Shown piece after piece: positions 13,860-28,297 of a stretch of DNA of 64,000 bases; position 1 is the first letter of the stretch, and every line of letters starts with the position of its first letter. Where the stretch lies: NCBI GenBank assembly GCA_001179505.1, contig CDMY01000477.1, positions 62,001 to 126,000 on the forward strand, read 5' to 3'. A program made the translations under genes and the position numbers. This stretch comes from Vitrella brassicaformis CCMP3155. Taxonomy: Eukaryota > Protista > Chromerida. Under the pieces are notes generated by a model. The model saw only the letters and a program-made list of their open reading frames with translations. It searched no databases and was not told the DNA's origin.

Positions 13860-16800
13860 TCATCCAGCCCCGAAGGGGTTGTGTCCCTCGTCATTGCCGC
13901 CTGAATCGTCACGCCTGGGCGACTTGGAACGACCGGACGGCCCCTTCCATATCTGATAGAGCCAGCCAGCCAGCCAGGGAGGGAGGCAGGGGTGGGATCA
14001 CAACACGACACCCAAGACACATCCGGCCATTCATGAGGGAGTGAGATTCTTCTCTCTCTCTGTGTGTGCGTGTGTGTGTGTGTGCTTGTGAGGGTGACCG
14101 TGAATCTTCTGGTCATGGAGGTGAGCGTCCATTTCTTGGATGACTTGTCGCCCCTGGGCGTCTCCTCGCCGCCCGATGCATCACCCGCCGCTGACGCACC
14201 ATTGTCGTTGGCCGCAGCTGACGCAGACCCTGATGTCGCACCAGCTACACGCGCAAACAACCTGCAACCACACACAGCCACCGTCGGTCCGTCAAGTACC
14301 GTCAAGTACACGTACATGTGGGTGTGGGTGGGATGTCGCCTGCCTCATCTATCTATCTATGTATCTATCTGTCTGTCTGGCTCACGTCTTCCTCTTTTGT
14401 GTAGGTGTGGATCTGAATTGCTGCTGTGTCTCAGTGTCCTCGTGTGGCGTCGCGTCGGCGTCTCGGCCCCTGTCGAGTGCGTTGAGCATCCCCCCGATGT
14501 GTCCACCCTCAGCCACCAGGCAGTCGGGCTTCTCCTCGAGTGTGCCAAGGAAGGCCGATATGTGCTCCAGCACACGAATGGAGTCGGGCGGCCCCGCCTT
14601 GTTACCCCCCTTGCCCCTGGAGCCCCCCGGGCTGGTGATGGAGTCTCGCCTGCCCGTCTCGACGGTGTGGATGCGGGGTGGGAGGTAGGGTGAGGCGACG
14701 GGTGGCAACGGGACGGCTTCGTCGATGTGCAGCTCGTGGGCGTAGTTCTTGAGGGCCATAAGGTCGCCGTACAGGAGGCCCAGCTCAGAGCTCTCGAACA
14801 TCTGCCCCTGGTGGCCCAAACACACCACCACCCACATCCACGCCTACACACACACACACCCCAACCAGACGGACGGACGGACAGAGAGCATGGCATGAAG
14901 CATATTCCATATGGTACCGGCTGGCCGAGCCATAAAGGCCTGGCATTACCTGCGCGACTTCGAGTAGGAACTGCTGTAGGAGGGGTGCGCGGAAGGCAGC
15001 GGGAGTCCGGGTGAAGAAGCGGTTCACGCTCTGATCAAATCAACGCCGGATTCGGTGGCCACGAACAGGGAATGTGTCCAGAGTGCGGTGCGTAGGGCGG
15101 ACGTGTTGGCTACCTGTCTGAATGACAGCACGACGTTTTCAAAGGGTGCCTCCTGCAGAGAGGGGGCGTAGAGGTCCATGAAGAAGGCCGACTGCAGATC
15201 CACATACACCATCCGACTCGCAACGTAACTGCATGGAAGGCCGACCGACCGATAAACAATGAAACAGACACACACACACACACACAGAGAGAGAGATGCA
15301 GTACCAGGGGGCCCGAGAGCTCGTCTGACAGCGTGGCTGCGTACCGTGCGATAGCAAAAGCGGTAGAGTGTACGATCTCGACGCACTTATCGATGCCCTC
15401 CCGCAGCACCTCCTCCATCGACTCGACGCTGGCCAGTGCCACCATCCTGCCCATGCCCTCACCACGCTGCTGCACGGACGCGTCGCTCTCACCCACACCC
15501 TGCTGCTGCTGCTGCTTGTTTGAGCGGCCCGCCCCGTCCTTGACCTTGGAGTGTTGTGTGGTGGGGCTGGGCGGCAAGTTGAGTGCGGTGCGGATGGGTG
15601 CGATGAGGGGGTCACTGACGGCGGCGTCCTTCTTGGCCATGGTCATGAACTTGCCGACGATCTGCTCCAGCTGACTGATGAAGAAATGCAAATTGTGCAG
15701 CCGCAACAGCACCTCCGGTAAAGACTGACGCAACACATACTCCGGAACCTGACCACATAACAGAGATCAGCGGGCGCCCCGCACGCACAACCAACAGGCA
15801 GAGCCAACATGCATTGCATGATTATCCGGCAATCCAATCGATCCGCGTGCCGTGCCGTGCGTGTGTCTCTTTTTTTCTGGATACATTGCCGTCTATGCGT
15901 GCCTGCGTCCCTTGCTTCTTGACGATTGATTCGCTTACTTCGAGTAGAGCTGTGGTGACGGCCCCGCAGTTGCACTTGCCCTCTGTCTCCTCTGCGTCTG
16001 CCCCCTGGTCCCCCTCGCCCTCCTTCTTGTCGCTGAGTCCTCTCATGACCCCCACACCGCCGAAGAATGACATGCGCATGATGGACTTGCCCCGCTGCTT
16101 GTCCTTCTTCTTGTGCTTGCTCTGCCGCCGACTAGACCACCGACCACCCCCTGGGCTAGACGTGTCGGACTTGTTGCCGCCCTCACCGTCATCGCTGTCC
16201 GACCCCGCCTCGTGACCCGACTCGGCCCCCGTGTCAGACTCACCACTGATGAAGCAACACCAGACACACACACCAACAGCCGAAGTGCATACAGGTATAC
16301 GGGTTGACTGACGAGCATGCAGAGGAGAACGTCTGTCCACTCCCCCAGCCCAGCGGGTCTGACCACCGACCCACCCACTGACCCACCAACGTACCCTGAT
16401 GTGTCCCGTCCGATCTTGTCCGATGGCATGAATATGCGCAGCAGTGCCTGCTGGCCCGCTGTCAGCGGAGTCGACTTCCTGACGGGGGGCACTGGCCCTT
16501 TGGCCGCCGACATGAAAGTGGGTTTGGTGGGCGCCGATGACGACTTGGCGGCGGCCGCTGCAGCTGCAGGGGGCTCCTTGAACCGATCCACCAGGGTCTG
16601 CAAGTGTCCCACACCGCACCGCACGAACACACACGAGTAGACAGGTAGGTGTCGTTGTGTGTGGCGAGTGTGCTACGATAGACGGACCTGGAAGTTGGTG
16701 CTGCATCTGGGTCTGAGTTTGAAGAGGCCCACCCCATCGCACTGCCGTCTCAGCGCACCGCAGTAGGTCGACGTCAGACGGCTCAAAAAACTCAGCAAAG

Positions 16801-17089
16801 AAGGCAAAAACCTGTTTGTAGACACATCCAATCACACATCATACCGAGCATAGGCCACATGTGTTCGCATAAATGAGATAAATGAATGTCGTATTTGTGA
16901 GATGTCCGGCATCAATTGCGTGTGTGCCGGTTGGTTGGTTGTGTTGGGTGACCAGTCGAGGGGCGGGTTGAGGTCCATCATGGCCTCGAATATTTGGAAG
17001 ACGAACGAGAAGAGGTCGATGACCGACGACGAGTGCAGCACGTCAGGCGGGGCGATGGGCCGCCACTGCTCATTCGCTATGCACCTACA

Positions 17090-17127
<38 letters not shown>

Positions 17128-20100
17128 ATGAGAATGAGAGAGAGATGTCCGTCCGTCCATCCCACGCCTCATCTCATCTCTTTGTGTGCGGCCTGCCCTG
17201 CCCTGCCCTGCCCGCCCCCGTCCATTCGTTCCATTTGTCCCTCCCTCCCTCCATACCTGTGCAGGACGTCTTCAACAGACCTGAATCTGTTGGCGAGTGT
17301 TGCGGCCAGTACGGGCGCCAGGAGGTCCATGAGGTCCGGCTCGCTCGGCAAGTGCACTCCAGTCGACAGACGCACCTGACCCACCAGCAGCTCAAAACTC
17401 CGCACATTCTGGACAAGTAAGTACAGTCAAGAGAGAGAACAAGGACAACGAAGGCGTGACTGACAAAGGAGGCGCATTCATTCCTTTGTGTATGTATGTG
17501 TGGGTGGGTAGAGCACCTACCTTGATGACTTTCTCTCCGCCAGGCGGTATGTCAGTGTCCGCCCAGTAGGGCGACCCCAGCATGGCCTTCATCGCACCAT
17601 GCAGCACAAATCGACCCTGTCCACCGGACAGACAACACACACCACACCACACACCACCAGTATTGCGACACATCACACCCCGTGCACGTGCTGTGCTGTG
17701 CTTACGGTGTACATGACGATTGCCGGGTGCTGGTTGTCCGGTAGGAAGTCCCTCCAGACGGGGGCGAAGTACTGCAGCTCGCACCGCACCTCATTCACAA
17801 ACGACTCCATCGCCGTACCGAACGACGACACCACCTCGTAACGCTCCTTGTCAAACTGACAGGACACACAGACACATACCATCCATCAGCCAGCCACACC
17901 ATGGATGGATGGGGGCACAGATATCAATCAACGAGTGAGGGGCCCCCATATTATTATGTCTGTGCGATTCGGTTGTCACGCCGCCAAACCGCCCTGACCT
18001 CTTGGTCCTCTTGCGATGGGTTGTCTTGGTCTGTCCGCAGCATCTTGAGTGAGGTGGCTGCGTTCTGCGCCAGCTGGATGGCCGCCATGACGGGGTCAAA
18101 CAGACGGTGAAACATCCCGCGACACGTGCTGCACACGAAGTACCTGCAAAGGAACCAACCACACAAAACAAATGAACCAACAAAGGGAGTGTGCGTGGAT
18201 GTCTGTCTGTCTGTCTGTCTGTCTGCATGTCTGACACACAGGGCTGGCTGAGGAACACACTTGCACGTGTATGTCACGTGTGCGTGATGTGATGGATGAG
18301 TGTTTGGGACTGACTGACATACCTGAGTATGTCTTCTTGTATGGAGGGTCCATTGAGTATTTCGCTGAGCGGCCTGTCGTAATATCCCTCGCGCCTCGAG
18401 GCCCTGGCGGTGCTGCGCGAGGTGCTGTGGCCAGTCGACAGACCGCCCTCAAACATCTTCTTCGCACCCCGACCCCCGCCCTCCTCGGCAGGACCGTCTG
18501 ACAGACAGACAGACAGACGCTACACAACTCTGTGTGACGGTCGCCCTCGCTTTCTCCAAACACTCATCTCATTGGTTCCTTCCTTTGTTCCCTGCCTGCC
18601 TCGCCCACCCCGTTAGCTGACTGGACTGACCTTGTTTGGTGTCTGTCTTGGTGGGCATGCCTGAAATCTTGACCCTCATCATGCCCTGCATCTTGGTCCA
18701 CACCGTCAGCAGCGGCCGCAGACTCTCGGGCTCCAGCCGCAGGCGGTAGTCAGATAGCACGGCCGCCATCTCATCGCGGCACACACCAGCCAGCGACCGC
18801 CGCAGACACAGCTCATATACAACTCGCTCCACACGACCAGCACTGCTCAGCGACACACCCACCAACCGCTTGGGTTTGCCCTCCTGCTGCGTGGCCGCTT
18901 CAAGTGGCAGACAGCACCACTCCTCAGTCACAGGCACCTGTGCGGCGGCGGCGGTGTGCTGTGCCTGCGGCATGGCGACGACAAGGGTGGCGTTGAGGCC
19001 AGCGCCGAGGCTGCGTGGGACGACCGATATGATGCGCCCGACAGGCGTGGCCTGTCGCTTCTCCGGCGGCACATCGGTGGGGTCGAAGTCGGAGAAGAGC
19101 CAGGCTGAGAAGCCGCCGATGATGCTCTGGAGGGACTCGACGGCGGCCACGGGGGGGACCACGATCGAACCCGTTTCCTGAGACGCCTCCTGACGTAAGG
19201 GAGCCAATCCAATCCCCACACACATACACACACGATAGCCATATAATACACCAAGCACTGCACTGCACTGCACCCACCATATATGCATACAAGTGCACGA
19301 GTGTCCGTGTGTGCGTGTCCCCCGTGCGTGCGTACATCGGTAGTGATGTCTGCGAACTCATCGGCGTCATCGCCGGCCTTGGCGACCTCCCTCCAGAGTG
19401 CCTGGCAGCAGAGCACTGCATGTGTGTCGAGGGCCATGCAGGGCAGCAGGGGCCCCGGGTCGCCCCCCTTGCCACTGCCCCCTCCCCCCGGCCGTCTGGG
19501 GCTGGGGGCCACCCGGCCCGCCTGGGCCATGTGGGCGCATATCACCAGGGCACGAGCGATACGGGGGGCCTCCAGGTGCAGCCGGCTAGGCGAGCTGCTG
19601 TCGGTGCAGGCGCGGTACAGATACGAGAAGAACAGCTGCAGCAGGGGGGAGTCGTACCGCCAGTACGAGTGACGACCGAACCACACACCATCCTCTGATG
19701 AATGGATGAAAGGATGAATGAAACGACCGACATTCAGAGGAGGTCAGGTCGTCTGTGTGCTGTGCTGTGCTGTGCGCATCCGTCTGCAGACCTACCGGTA
19801 AGGATTCCGTCGATATTCCTCCGTGACTTTCTCCTTTGTGTGATTTTGGGTTCCTCCTTGCCCGACTCGTCTCCAGGTGCTGCGGCTGGGCCAAGGTGGC
19901 CGGTAGCAGTCCTGGCCCTGGTCGCCCGACGCCGCATGGGGTCTCTCTTGGGGTGGGCCCCATCCGACACCTCATCCTCAAACCCCACACCCTTGCCGCC
20001 ATGGCCAGAGGAGCTGGTCGAGGGCAGCGCAGACATGTGGCGGCCGCCGGCCCCCTTCTTGCGGTCGTCGGGTCGCGGCTCTGGGCTGGGTGAGTGGGAA

Positions 20101-23100
20101 CTGGCGCTGCCTGACCGCGACTCCTCGGCTTCAATGGGCAGGGCTTTTCCGGGGGACGACCCGTCCCCTTCAGACGCACTCGACCCTCGATCGCTGCCCT
20201 CCTGCGGATTGCGGCGGTGCGACTTGCGCCGCCCTCCTGACTTGGATGAGGGGCGGGCCGTGTCGGGGCTGTTGCGGTCTGCCGTGAGTGCCACGCGGCT
20301 CCTGATGTTGGCATCCAGCCTCTCGATGCATGTCATGCAGTGCAGCAGACGATACAGCCCCTTCCTGGACGCCCACTTGCTCCTGGTGGCCTGCTGGCCG
20401 GTAGTGGGGCTCGGTGCAGTGGTGCCCCAGTGGCCTGCGTCAAGGGCGTCCTGGAGGATGGTGATGGTCTCGGCCCCCTCCTCAAGATAGAACCGCAGGG
20501 CCGATGGCCTCGCATCAAAGGACGCAACGGCCGGATCGCTCTGGGGAGCCCGGGCGGATGTCGATGGGGCCTTGGACGGCGACACAAAGCGGTACAGACG
20601 CTGCACCCTGTGAAGGAATGCCAAACCGAGGAGGTGCAGCTGACGAGACACCCAATCGCGAAACGCCTTCTGGCCACCCAGACGCTGTCCTGGCTTGTCC
20701 GGGTTGTCGTCACCTGACAGGAACACAGGCACACAGGCAGGGCGGACGGACGGACATGACATCCACTTGTTGTGGGTCGGTCTTGTCGACACGACACATA
20801 TATGCCATGCGTGTGTATGCGCGAGGACTGACTGGCTGCTCTACTGATCTGATGGATGGATGGATGGATCCGTTCTTTGTTTCCCCCCCTCCCCCCCCCC
20901 TCGGTGGCTCACTTGCGTGTTGCCATGATTCGATAAGCCTGATGACTCTGTATCTGAGGTCCATGGGGTGCAGGGTGGAGGCCCCACCGCCGCTCGACCC
21001 AGACAGCTCGTTGGCGTCGGGCAGCGTCAGATGCACTATCATCTCGTGCAGACGCTGAGGGATACCCAGCCGAACCCTGCAGCCACACCACCCCAGCAAT
21101 GGACGTATGTATGCATGTATGAATGAATGAATGCATGTACACAACACAACACACACCATGGACGGACGGACCAACGCCACCCGCCCGCTTCATCCACTTG
21201 CGTCCCTGCCTGCCTGCCTGCCTGTCTGTCTGGGTGTGTGGGTGTGTGGGCTGGCTGACCTCATGAGAGTGACGACACTCCTGAAGAGGTCTACAATGGC
21301 TTCGTGTTCCATGCGTGCGACCTTGTCCATTTTTTTGTCGCCCCTGCGTCCCCCCCCGGGGGTGTCGTCGGCACCGGCCACGTCAGCCAGGAGGATCGTC
21401 TTGGCCGCCGTCTGTGTGACCAGATGCTGGAAGCCAAGCAGCAGCACTTCATACGACAGACAACTCCACTGCAGGTCATCCATCTTGGCCGAACCCCACT
21501 GCACACCACCGCCCAACGAGCTCAGCTGCAGACATCCGCACACACACAAGACGGCACGTAAGTCTCGATGCGGGTTTCCTTCCAGTTGGATTGCGTGCAT
21601 GTTGGGTGCCTTCCTTGAGTGGCCTGCCGGCTGTGCTGCCTGTCTGTCTGCCTGTCTGTCTGTCTGTCTGCCTGTCTGTCTGTCTGCCTGACCTTGATGG
21701 GTTTGGCAGGTGCGAGGTGGGTATGTGAGGGTGCGCCAACAGGCAGGTCGATGTGTCGCTCCAGCACCGCACTGCCCTTGTAGAAATCCTTGGCAAACCA
21801 GTCGCGATGGGCAGCCGCTCCACCTCCCTCGGACCCCTCACCGGCCTTGCCCTTGAGGTCTTTGTGTTGGGGCCTGGCCGCCTCGGCGTGGCTGCAGAAA
21901 GCCAGCAGCCGCTCCTCGTGCTGCTGCTGCACCTCCACCCACTTGTCAGTCGCCCTACGATTCGACATCCTCTGGAGGGAAACACAGACAACCCAACACA
22001 CATGGAATTGATGGGATGGATGGCTCCATCGATGAGTAAGTGGATGAGTGGATATATGCAGGGAGGGGCCCCACAAACGAAACATGAGCGGGCGGAAGCG
22101 CAAGTAGGCAGGCCAGCTGTCTACGACTCACTGAGGTACCTACCTTCATGTTGACGAAGGTGTCCTTCTTGCGCTGGTCGGCGAGGTCGTCCGTGCCGCC
22201 CGCCCAGGTGGCCATGAGCTGGTCGGCCCGTTGGCGCATCTCCGATAGGACAGCCCCGACGGCAGCACTGGCAGGGCCCGGTGGACCCTTGTCGTCACTC
22301 AGTCGCGACGACTGGCGGGCCTCGTAGTACCGGTGCTTGGCCGCCGTGGTGCCTTGGCCTTCCGTCGAGAATGAGTAGATGCGGCCCTCATCGTCGGTCT
22401 TCCTGCGGAGGTCGCCAGCCGCCCCTGTTGCTGCCTGGGAGAGATGCTTGAGGTCCAAGTGGGGGACAGAGGCCTGCGGGGATGACACGCTGGAGCGGCC
22501 GGCACTCTGCCGCACATCGGACACACCCACCTTGGCCGGTGGTGCAACTGCAGGTGGTGCAGCTGGTGCGGCCGCCCCTGTTGCCGTGTGGAAGTCCTCA
22601 GCAGACCCCCCTCTGCGGCTGGTGGGAGGGGTGCTCCCGCTGCTGACGGATCGCTGTTGACCGAACCCTCCGGTCTCCTGGCGTCTCCAGCCGGGGCGAG
22701 CAGCGGTGGCAGGACCACCAGGACCCTCAAAGCCCTGCGTCGTCCGCAAACCAGCAGGAGGGCGTGTCGAGAGTGCGGCGTCGGTCCGTGGGTGTGGGGC
22801 AGTCGCCAGTCCCGGTGGTGGGGACTCCTGGCGTGAGGTAAAGAACATGTCGATGCCGGTGTCGATCATGCCCGCCAGCTCGGGGGATGAGGGAGACGCC
22901 TCCCTCTGCTGCTGATGGTCACCATGCCGAGGCTGTCCTTCTTGTGGTGGTTGTGTCATGATAGCTGCGTCAGGGAGGCGCGCTTGGTCGGTAACCGCGC
23001 GTTGGGGGACTGGGCTTTGCGACCTCGCTCCATTATCACTGCTGATGATGGATGGCGCCTCCCCGGCCCAGTCCCCCCTGGCCCCCCCCTGCTGCTGCTG

Positions 23101-25193
23101 CTGATGCTGCTGCTGCTGCTGCTGACCCTGACGCTGCTGAGAGGGCCCGCGCCGCAACCGCTGACGCGCACTCGTGATGGCCGCCATGTGTGCTGGGGTT
23201 GTGGAGTCGTCCTCGTCGCCCATGGCCTGGTGGGCGGCCTGGCCATGGCCAGGCCCACCGCCCCGTGCACTCATGGGGGGTGTCGTAACTCGCCCTGCAA
23301 CCCCCTGCTGCGACACCTGTCGGTCGGTGTCGACGGCCATGGGTGCAACGCCACCCCCATCGACTGCCCCGACCCGGGGATGCTGCTGACGGCTGGCGCT
23401 TCCTATGGTGGCCGGGGGTGATGGCAAGGCAGCATCGGTGGATGTGCGCTTGGATTCCAGCTGTCGGATCTTGTCCTTAAGCATGGTGCCCTCTGACTTA
23501 AGGATGTCATTCTGGTTGATCAAGGTCACCTCGCGGACGCGGACCTTCTGCAGGTCATCCTGTGCCCTGTTGAGGTCTGCCTTGGCCACAGCCACCTGCC
23601 TGTCCCGATCATCCAGCTCCCGCTGCAGCCTCTCCACCTCCTGCCGCAGCGACCCGTCCAGCGGATCCAGCCGTGGACCGTGATCGGCCGTCGGGAACCG
23701 GGCGGGGGATGGTGGTCGAGCAAGGGGGGAACCCGCACCAGTCGTGTAGCGCTCTGCACGACGCCTCGCCTCCGCAGGAGGGACCTGCACAGACCAGCAC
23801 AGACACACACATCATACATACATACATCATGGTGGACTCATTCAGGCAGGTCGGTCGGTCGATTAGGTCACTCACCTTAAGTTTTTTGGTGAGAAAGTGC
23901 TCCATGTCGCCCGCTGGGTCAAAACTCTCCACCTGACGAATGTACTCGTCAAGCGAGACGGTGAAGTCCTCTCGAAAGTGATGCAAAGCCTAACGCACAA
24001 ACAGAACAACAAACACTCCCACTAACTCAGAGCTGGGCGGTAAGCAGGTCAGTGAGGTACTTACCTTGGCCCATCCCCTTAGGCTATCTCGCATGGCGTT
24101 GAGTCGCGCGGCCTCGAGCGACTCCAGCTTGTCAACCTCGTCAGGCGACCCGGACACACGCAGACCGGGGGCATTCAGCCTGCACATCACATCACATCCA
24201 GCAAAGCCATTCATTCATCCGTCACACCCGACAGACAGACACAATAGTTATGTCTATTTCAGCGAGTGAGTGAGTGAGTGGCTGATGGATGGATGGATGG
24301 ATGAGGAGGTCACTGACTCACTGACTCACTCACTCTGCGGTGGCCCTTGCGAGTTGGTCGACGGCATTGGCCTGGTTGGCGAATGCGGCCTGGATGCGCC
24401 GGTCAGCCTTGTCCAGCACCACGGCTGCCAGCTTGTTGCCGAAACGCTTCACCAACTCCTCCTTATTCAGCACAGCACGCTGACCGTCCGAGGGAGGGAG
24501 GGAAAGAGGGAGGTCCAAATAAATCACACACATCAAGGCAGAGGCAGTAAGTAAGAATTTGGCTGGAAGCATCTCTCTCTTCATCTCTCTCTGCTGTTTG
24601 TTTGTTTGTTTGCGTGTGTATGGTGCCTGCCTTGGCTTGGCAGGCAGCGCACCTCTAGCTCTTCATCTGCTTTCCTCTTGTGCGCCTCGGCCTTTGCCAC
24701 CTCCTCGGCAGCAGTGGCGCGGTCCCCCTGCCCCCCCTGTTTGTCGGGCTGCCTCTGGTCGGGGCTCCTGGACCGGCCGCCCGACCCCCGCCCCTCAGTC
24801 TTGATCTTGGCGATGGCATCGCCCAGCGGCGGCAAGGCCAAAGCCTCCAGCGTGGCGACCAGCTGTGTGGCCTGCTGACCCAGCTCCCCGAGCAACGTGA
24901 GCCACCCTTTGCCGGCATCCTGCTGACCACCCTCCTCCTTGTGCAGCAAAGGGGATAACTTGCTGCTGCTCTGCCGGTGGGTGCTGTCAAGGCGAGATGC
25001 CAGATCCTTGACAACACCTATCACACTCCGCTCTGACTCAACCAGGGCCTGCAGAAAGGTGGGATTCATCCAGGCCAGCACAACACAAACACACACAGGG
25101 ATCCCTGTGGCTTGACATAGAAGGGTGGTTGTTCATCTGTCTGTCTATCTGCTGACTGTCGTCCACCTGAATGCTCCCCAGGTCGAGCATCAT
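13860..25193 (-). CDS. Large protein: N-terminal F-BAR-like helical domain, low-complexity/coiled-coil linker, Munc13-homology (MUN/DUF810, PATROL1-like) domain, C-terminal NPF motif
   Basis: ATG 25193 (MMLDLGSIQ|ALVESERSVI). LESLEAARLNAMRDSLRGWAK and EYIRQVESFDPAGDMEHFL resemble the F-BAR terminal helix. The large exon ~22146-23782 splices in frame to RMSNRRATDKW. DUF810-like blocks: HSYWRYDSPLLQLFFSYLYRAC, ELQYFAPVWRDFLP, EQWRPIAPPDVLHSSSVIDLFSFVFQIFE, FFMDLYAPSLQEAPFE. Ends GHNPFGAG*. Confidence 0.72.
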
Positions 25194-25279
25194 GACTTAA
25201 GGTGTCGCTCTTCACATATCGGCTCCTCCTTCACCGGCGATTAGCAGATTTCACTGCTTCCCTCCCACCCCTTCACGCG

Positions 25280-25302
25280 AAGCTCGCCGCCCCTGCGAGC
25301 TT
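25280..25302. promoter_or_regulatory. Inverted AAGCTCGC-N7-GCGAGCTT pair in the F-BAR-MUN/ArfGAP promoter
   Basis: Perfect 8-bp inverted repeat. Confidence 0.65.
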
Positions 25303-25400
25303 AGCCGAAAAAAGAAGGCAAGGAGGACAAGCACAGAGCCCCCATCGTGTTCCGGCAGCCGGCATCGCCTGGGACGAGGGCCACAGGAGGACCACAGGCC

Positions 25401-27853
25401 ATGGCTCAGAAACAGCTCAAGCTGGCGAATGATCAGCTCAACGACATCGTGACGGACCCAGCCAACAGATTTTGTGCTGACTGCGGCGCCAAAGCACCGA
25501 GATGGGCTTCGGTCAACCTTGGAGTGCTGGTCTGCATCGAGTGTTCCGGCATACACCGCAATCTGGGCGTCCACATCTCCAAAGTCAAGTCACTCACACT
25601 CGACAAGTGGCAGCAAAAGTGGATTGACGTAAGCCAACCACCCAGCCAGCCAGCGGAGCGGAGCCTACCCGCGTCGGGCACTGCTTGTTTGGGTCATGTC
25701 AGACGGTAAAGGCTATTGGCAACGAAGTGGCTAGGGAGTACTACGAGTTCCGGCTCCCCTCAGACTACCGCAGACCCACTCATGCCGACGGCGTCAGGTC
25801 AGGCAGGGTCAGGCAGACAGACAGACGGACAGGCCGATTACAAGCCTGCGTTGCGTGGGTTGGCTGTGTGTGGCCGCGCCGCTTACCCTACTGCCTGCAG
25901 CGCGTTGGAGAACTGGATCCGTTCCAAGTATGAGAAGAAGCTGTACGTCCCGGTGGGCAAACCAGAGCCGTGGGAGCTGCTGGAGCAGGGTACGTGCACA
26001 CTCGCAGAGACCAGCGCTTGCAGGGCGGGCACAGCGGCCAGCACTTAGTTGATTCATGGCTGCCTCCCTCGATTTGTCTGTCGGCAGGTTTGGACCCCCG
26101 GAGCTCGGTGCAAAATGAAGGGGAGGGGCGATCGAAGAGCAAGTCAGTCACAGTCACGCGACAGACACTGTCCATGCCAGGAAGATGCTGAGAGGCCACT
26201 CACTCACTCATCTGATTGATTGCATGTGTCTGTCTGTCTGTCTCATGTGTGTGCGGTTTGCTGCACAGGAAAGAGCGCAAGGAGAAGGCCAGACGGGAGA
26301 GGTCAGCGAGAAGTCAGTCAGTCATGCGCGCACCTATCTGATGTCGGTCGATTCATTCATGCCTGCCTGCCTGCCTCTGATCCATCCACCAGACCTGAGC
26401 CCGTGAGTGCTCCCGAGGACGAGCGTGACAGGGAGGGTGGTGGGATGCGTAAACTGAAGCCTCCCCACGGCCCTCACGGGGCGGGCAAGTCGCGGAACAG
26501 ACCCCACTCACAGGGGGGGCAGGCAGCCAGACCCATACACAGCGACCAGGAAAGAGGGTAAGACAGACACACACACACACAGAGAGACAGAGAACTAGCC
26601 ATACACAGACAGCCGACGGCACCGCCACAGGTGGACGGACGGACGGATGCGGCGTGTGTGTGTATTCTGTCTGTAAACTAGGTACTCGCCGTCTCCGTTG
26701 CCGCACATGGCGACGCGCCAGCCGGCGCCGCCGTCCCCGCAGGGGTCCCCCGTCGATCCATTTCAGTCAATCGACCTCATCGGCGGACCGCCCGCCGCAG
26801 ACAACATGCACAAGCAGCAGCAGAAGCCCCAGGATGCGCCCAGCGACTGGCACCACATCTGGGCAGGCGCGGATCCCTTCAACGCCAATCCTCAGACCGG
26901 ACCACAGCAGACTGCGCCTCCCCAGCCGCTGGTTCAGCAGCAGCAGCAGCCTCATGCAGGTCCGTCGAGTGGGCTCGACTCCATTTTCGGTGCGCCCGAG
27001 CCGTCCAAGGCGCTGGAGGGGGATTTTGGGTCGCTCAAGCTGACAGGCGAGAGCCCTCCTGCGCCCATTGAGAGTGTCATGACTCTCCCATACGGCAACG
27101 GCACTGGCACTGCGACGGGCACCGGGGGGATCACGGGGCCGGGGTTTGCGTCAACCGACGCGTGGGGGGGACAGCCGCAGCCCAATCAGGGCATCCCACA
27201 CGATCCAATGACCTTTGGGTGGCCAAAAACAGACCGTAAGCTAAGCTAACAGCAGACACAGAGACTTTGCTGACAGGTCTGTATGTATGTATGTGATGGG
27301 TGTATTGTATGTGGTCAATTCATCAGGTCCAGCTGGTGCGGCAGAGACGGCGGCGCAGGGCCGAAGCCCGACGGCCGAGCAGCTGCAGGAACTCAAAGTG
27401 GCACAGGCGAAGGAATCAATCGCCAGACTCTTCACTGCACCCAAACAAATGGGTCAGTAGAGTGCAGCCAGGGCCTTTGTCACAACGTCTAGCCAAGAGG
27501 ACATCGTGCTCTGTCTGCTGTGCCGTTGCGGCGTCCCCTTCAGGCTTCGGCACTCCTTCTTACCCCTCGATGGTAGGTATCCTTCTCTCGATTGTGTTCA
27601 CACTCACCTGTTCAGGTGGAGACAGTCCATCCACGTCTCCTTGCCTGTCTTTTTGCCTGTCTCTCAGATTCCCTATGGCTTTGACGCTCCCACCAGCGCT
27701 TTCAATTTTGGCACCAAGACCTTCGCTTCCGGCAGTAGTGGCGGCCCACCAGGAGCATCTCAAACCTCCTTTCAACAGGGCAGCCGACCAATCACAGCAC
27801 CACAACTGGACAACAAGGGGTCGATGGGACGGCAAGACGTAAGCGCACACACA

Positions 27854-27893
<40 letters not shown>

Positions 27894-28297
27894 ATCTGCA
27901 CCGGTCAACGTCATGGCCGGTCCCTCCAATCCTGTGCTGTGTGTGCTGTGTCTGTGTAGCAGCATGGTGTGTCGTCGGACTTCATCGGGCGTGTGATGAA
28001 CGATCCGGTGGGAGGTAGCGGGGGTGGCGGCATGCACCCAAGTGGGAGTTTCAGCGGCAGGATGATGCAGGGAGCAGCGAGTGGGCTAATGAATTCACCC
28101 CCGGGATCCGCACAAGCCAGACAGGTCAGTCAGTCAGTCAGCACAGGAAGCCCACCCAGCTTTATCAGAGAGCCCTAGGACCGACGGTGGTAAGTGATGG
28201 ATTGATGTCCGGTGCTCATCAGGGATTGGTGGCACAGGCGCCCTCATCTGATGTGCACCTTGATGCGTTCGAGCTGCTGGGCTCTCGGCCGACTTGA
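25401..28297 (+). CDS. ArfGAP (SMAP/AGD5-like) with a long disordered tail carrying DPF motifs
   Basis: [74 protein letters not shown]; tail VDPF, ADPF; last exon [24 protein letters not shown] (intron 28125-28222 inferred). Confidence 0.93.

Noticed and set aside
19702-20490. Long plus-strand ORFs over the F-BAR-MUN gene and similar overlaps elsewhere
   Set aside because: Antisense or off-frame by-products of high GC in low-complexity exons.
28125-28146. 22-nt mini-intron in ArfGAP
   Set aside because: A normal 98-nt intron (28125-28222) gives a better in-frame ending.
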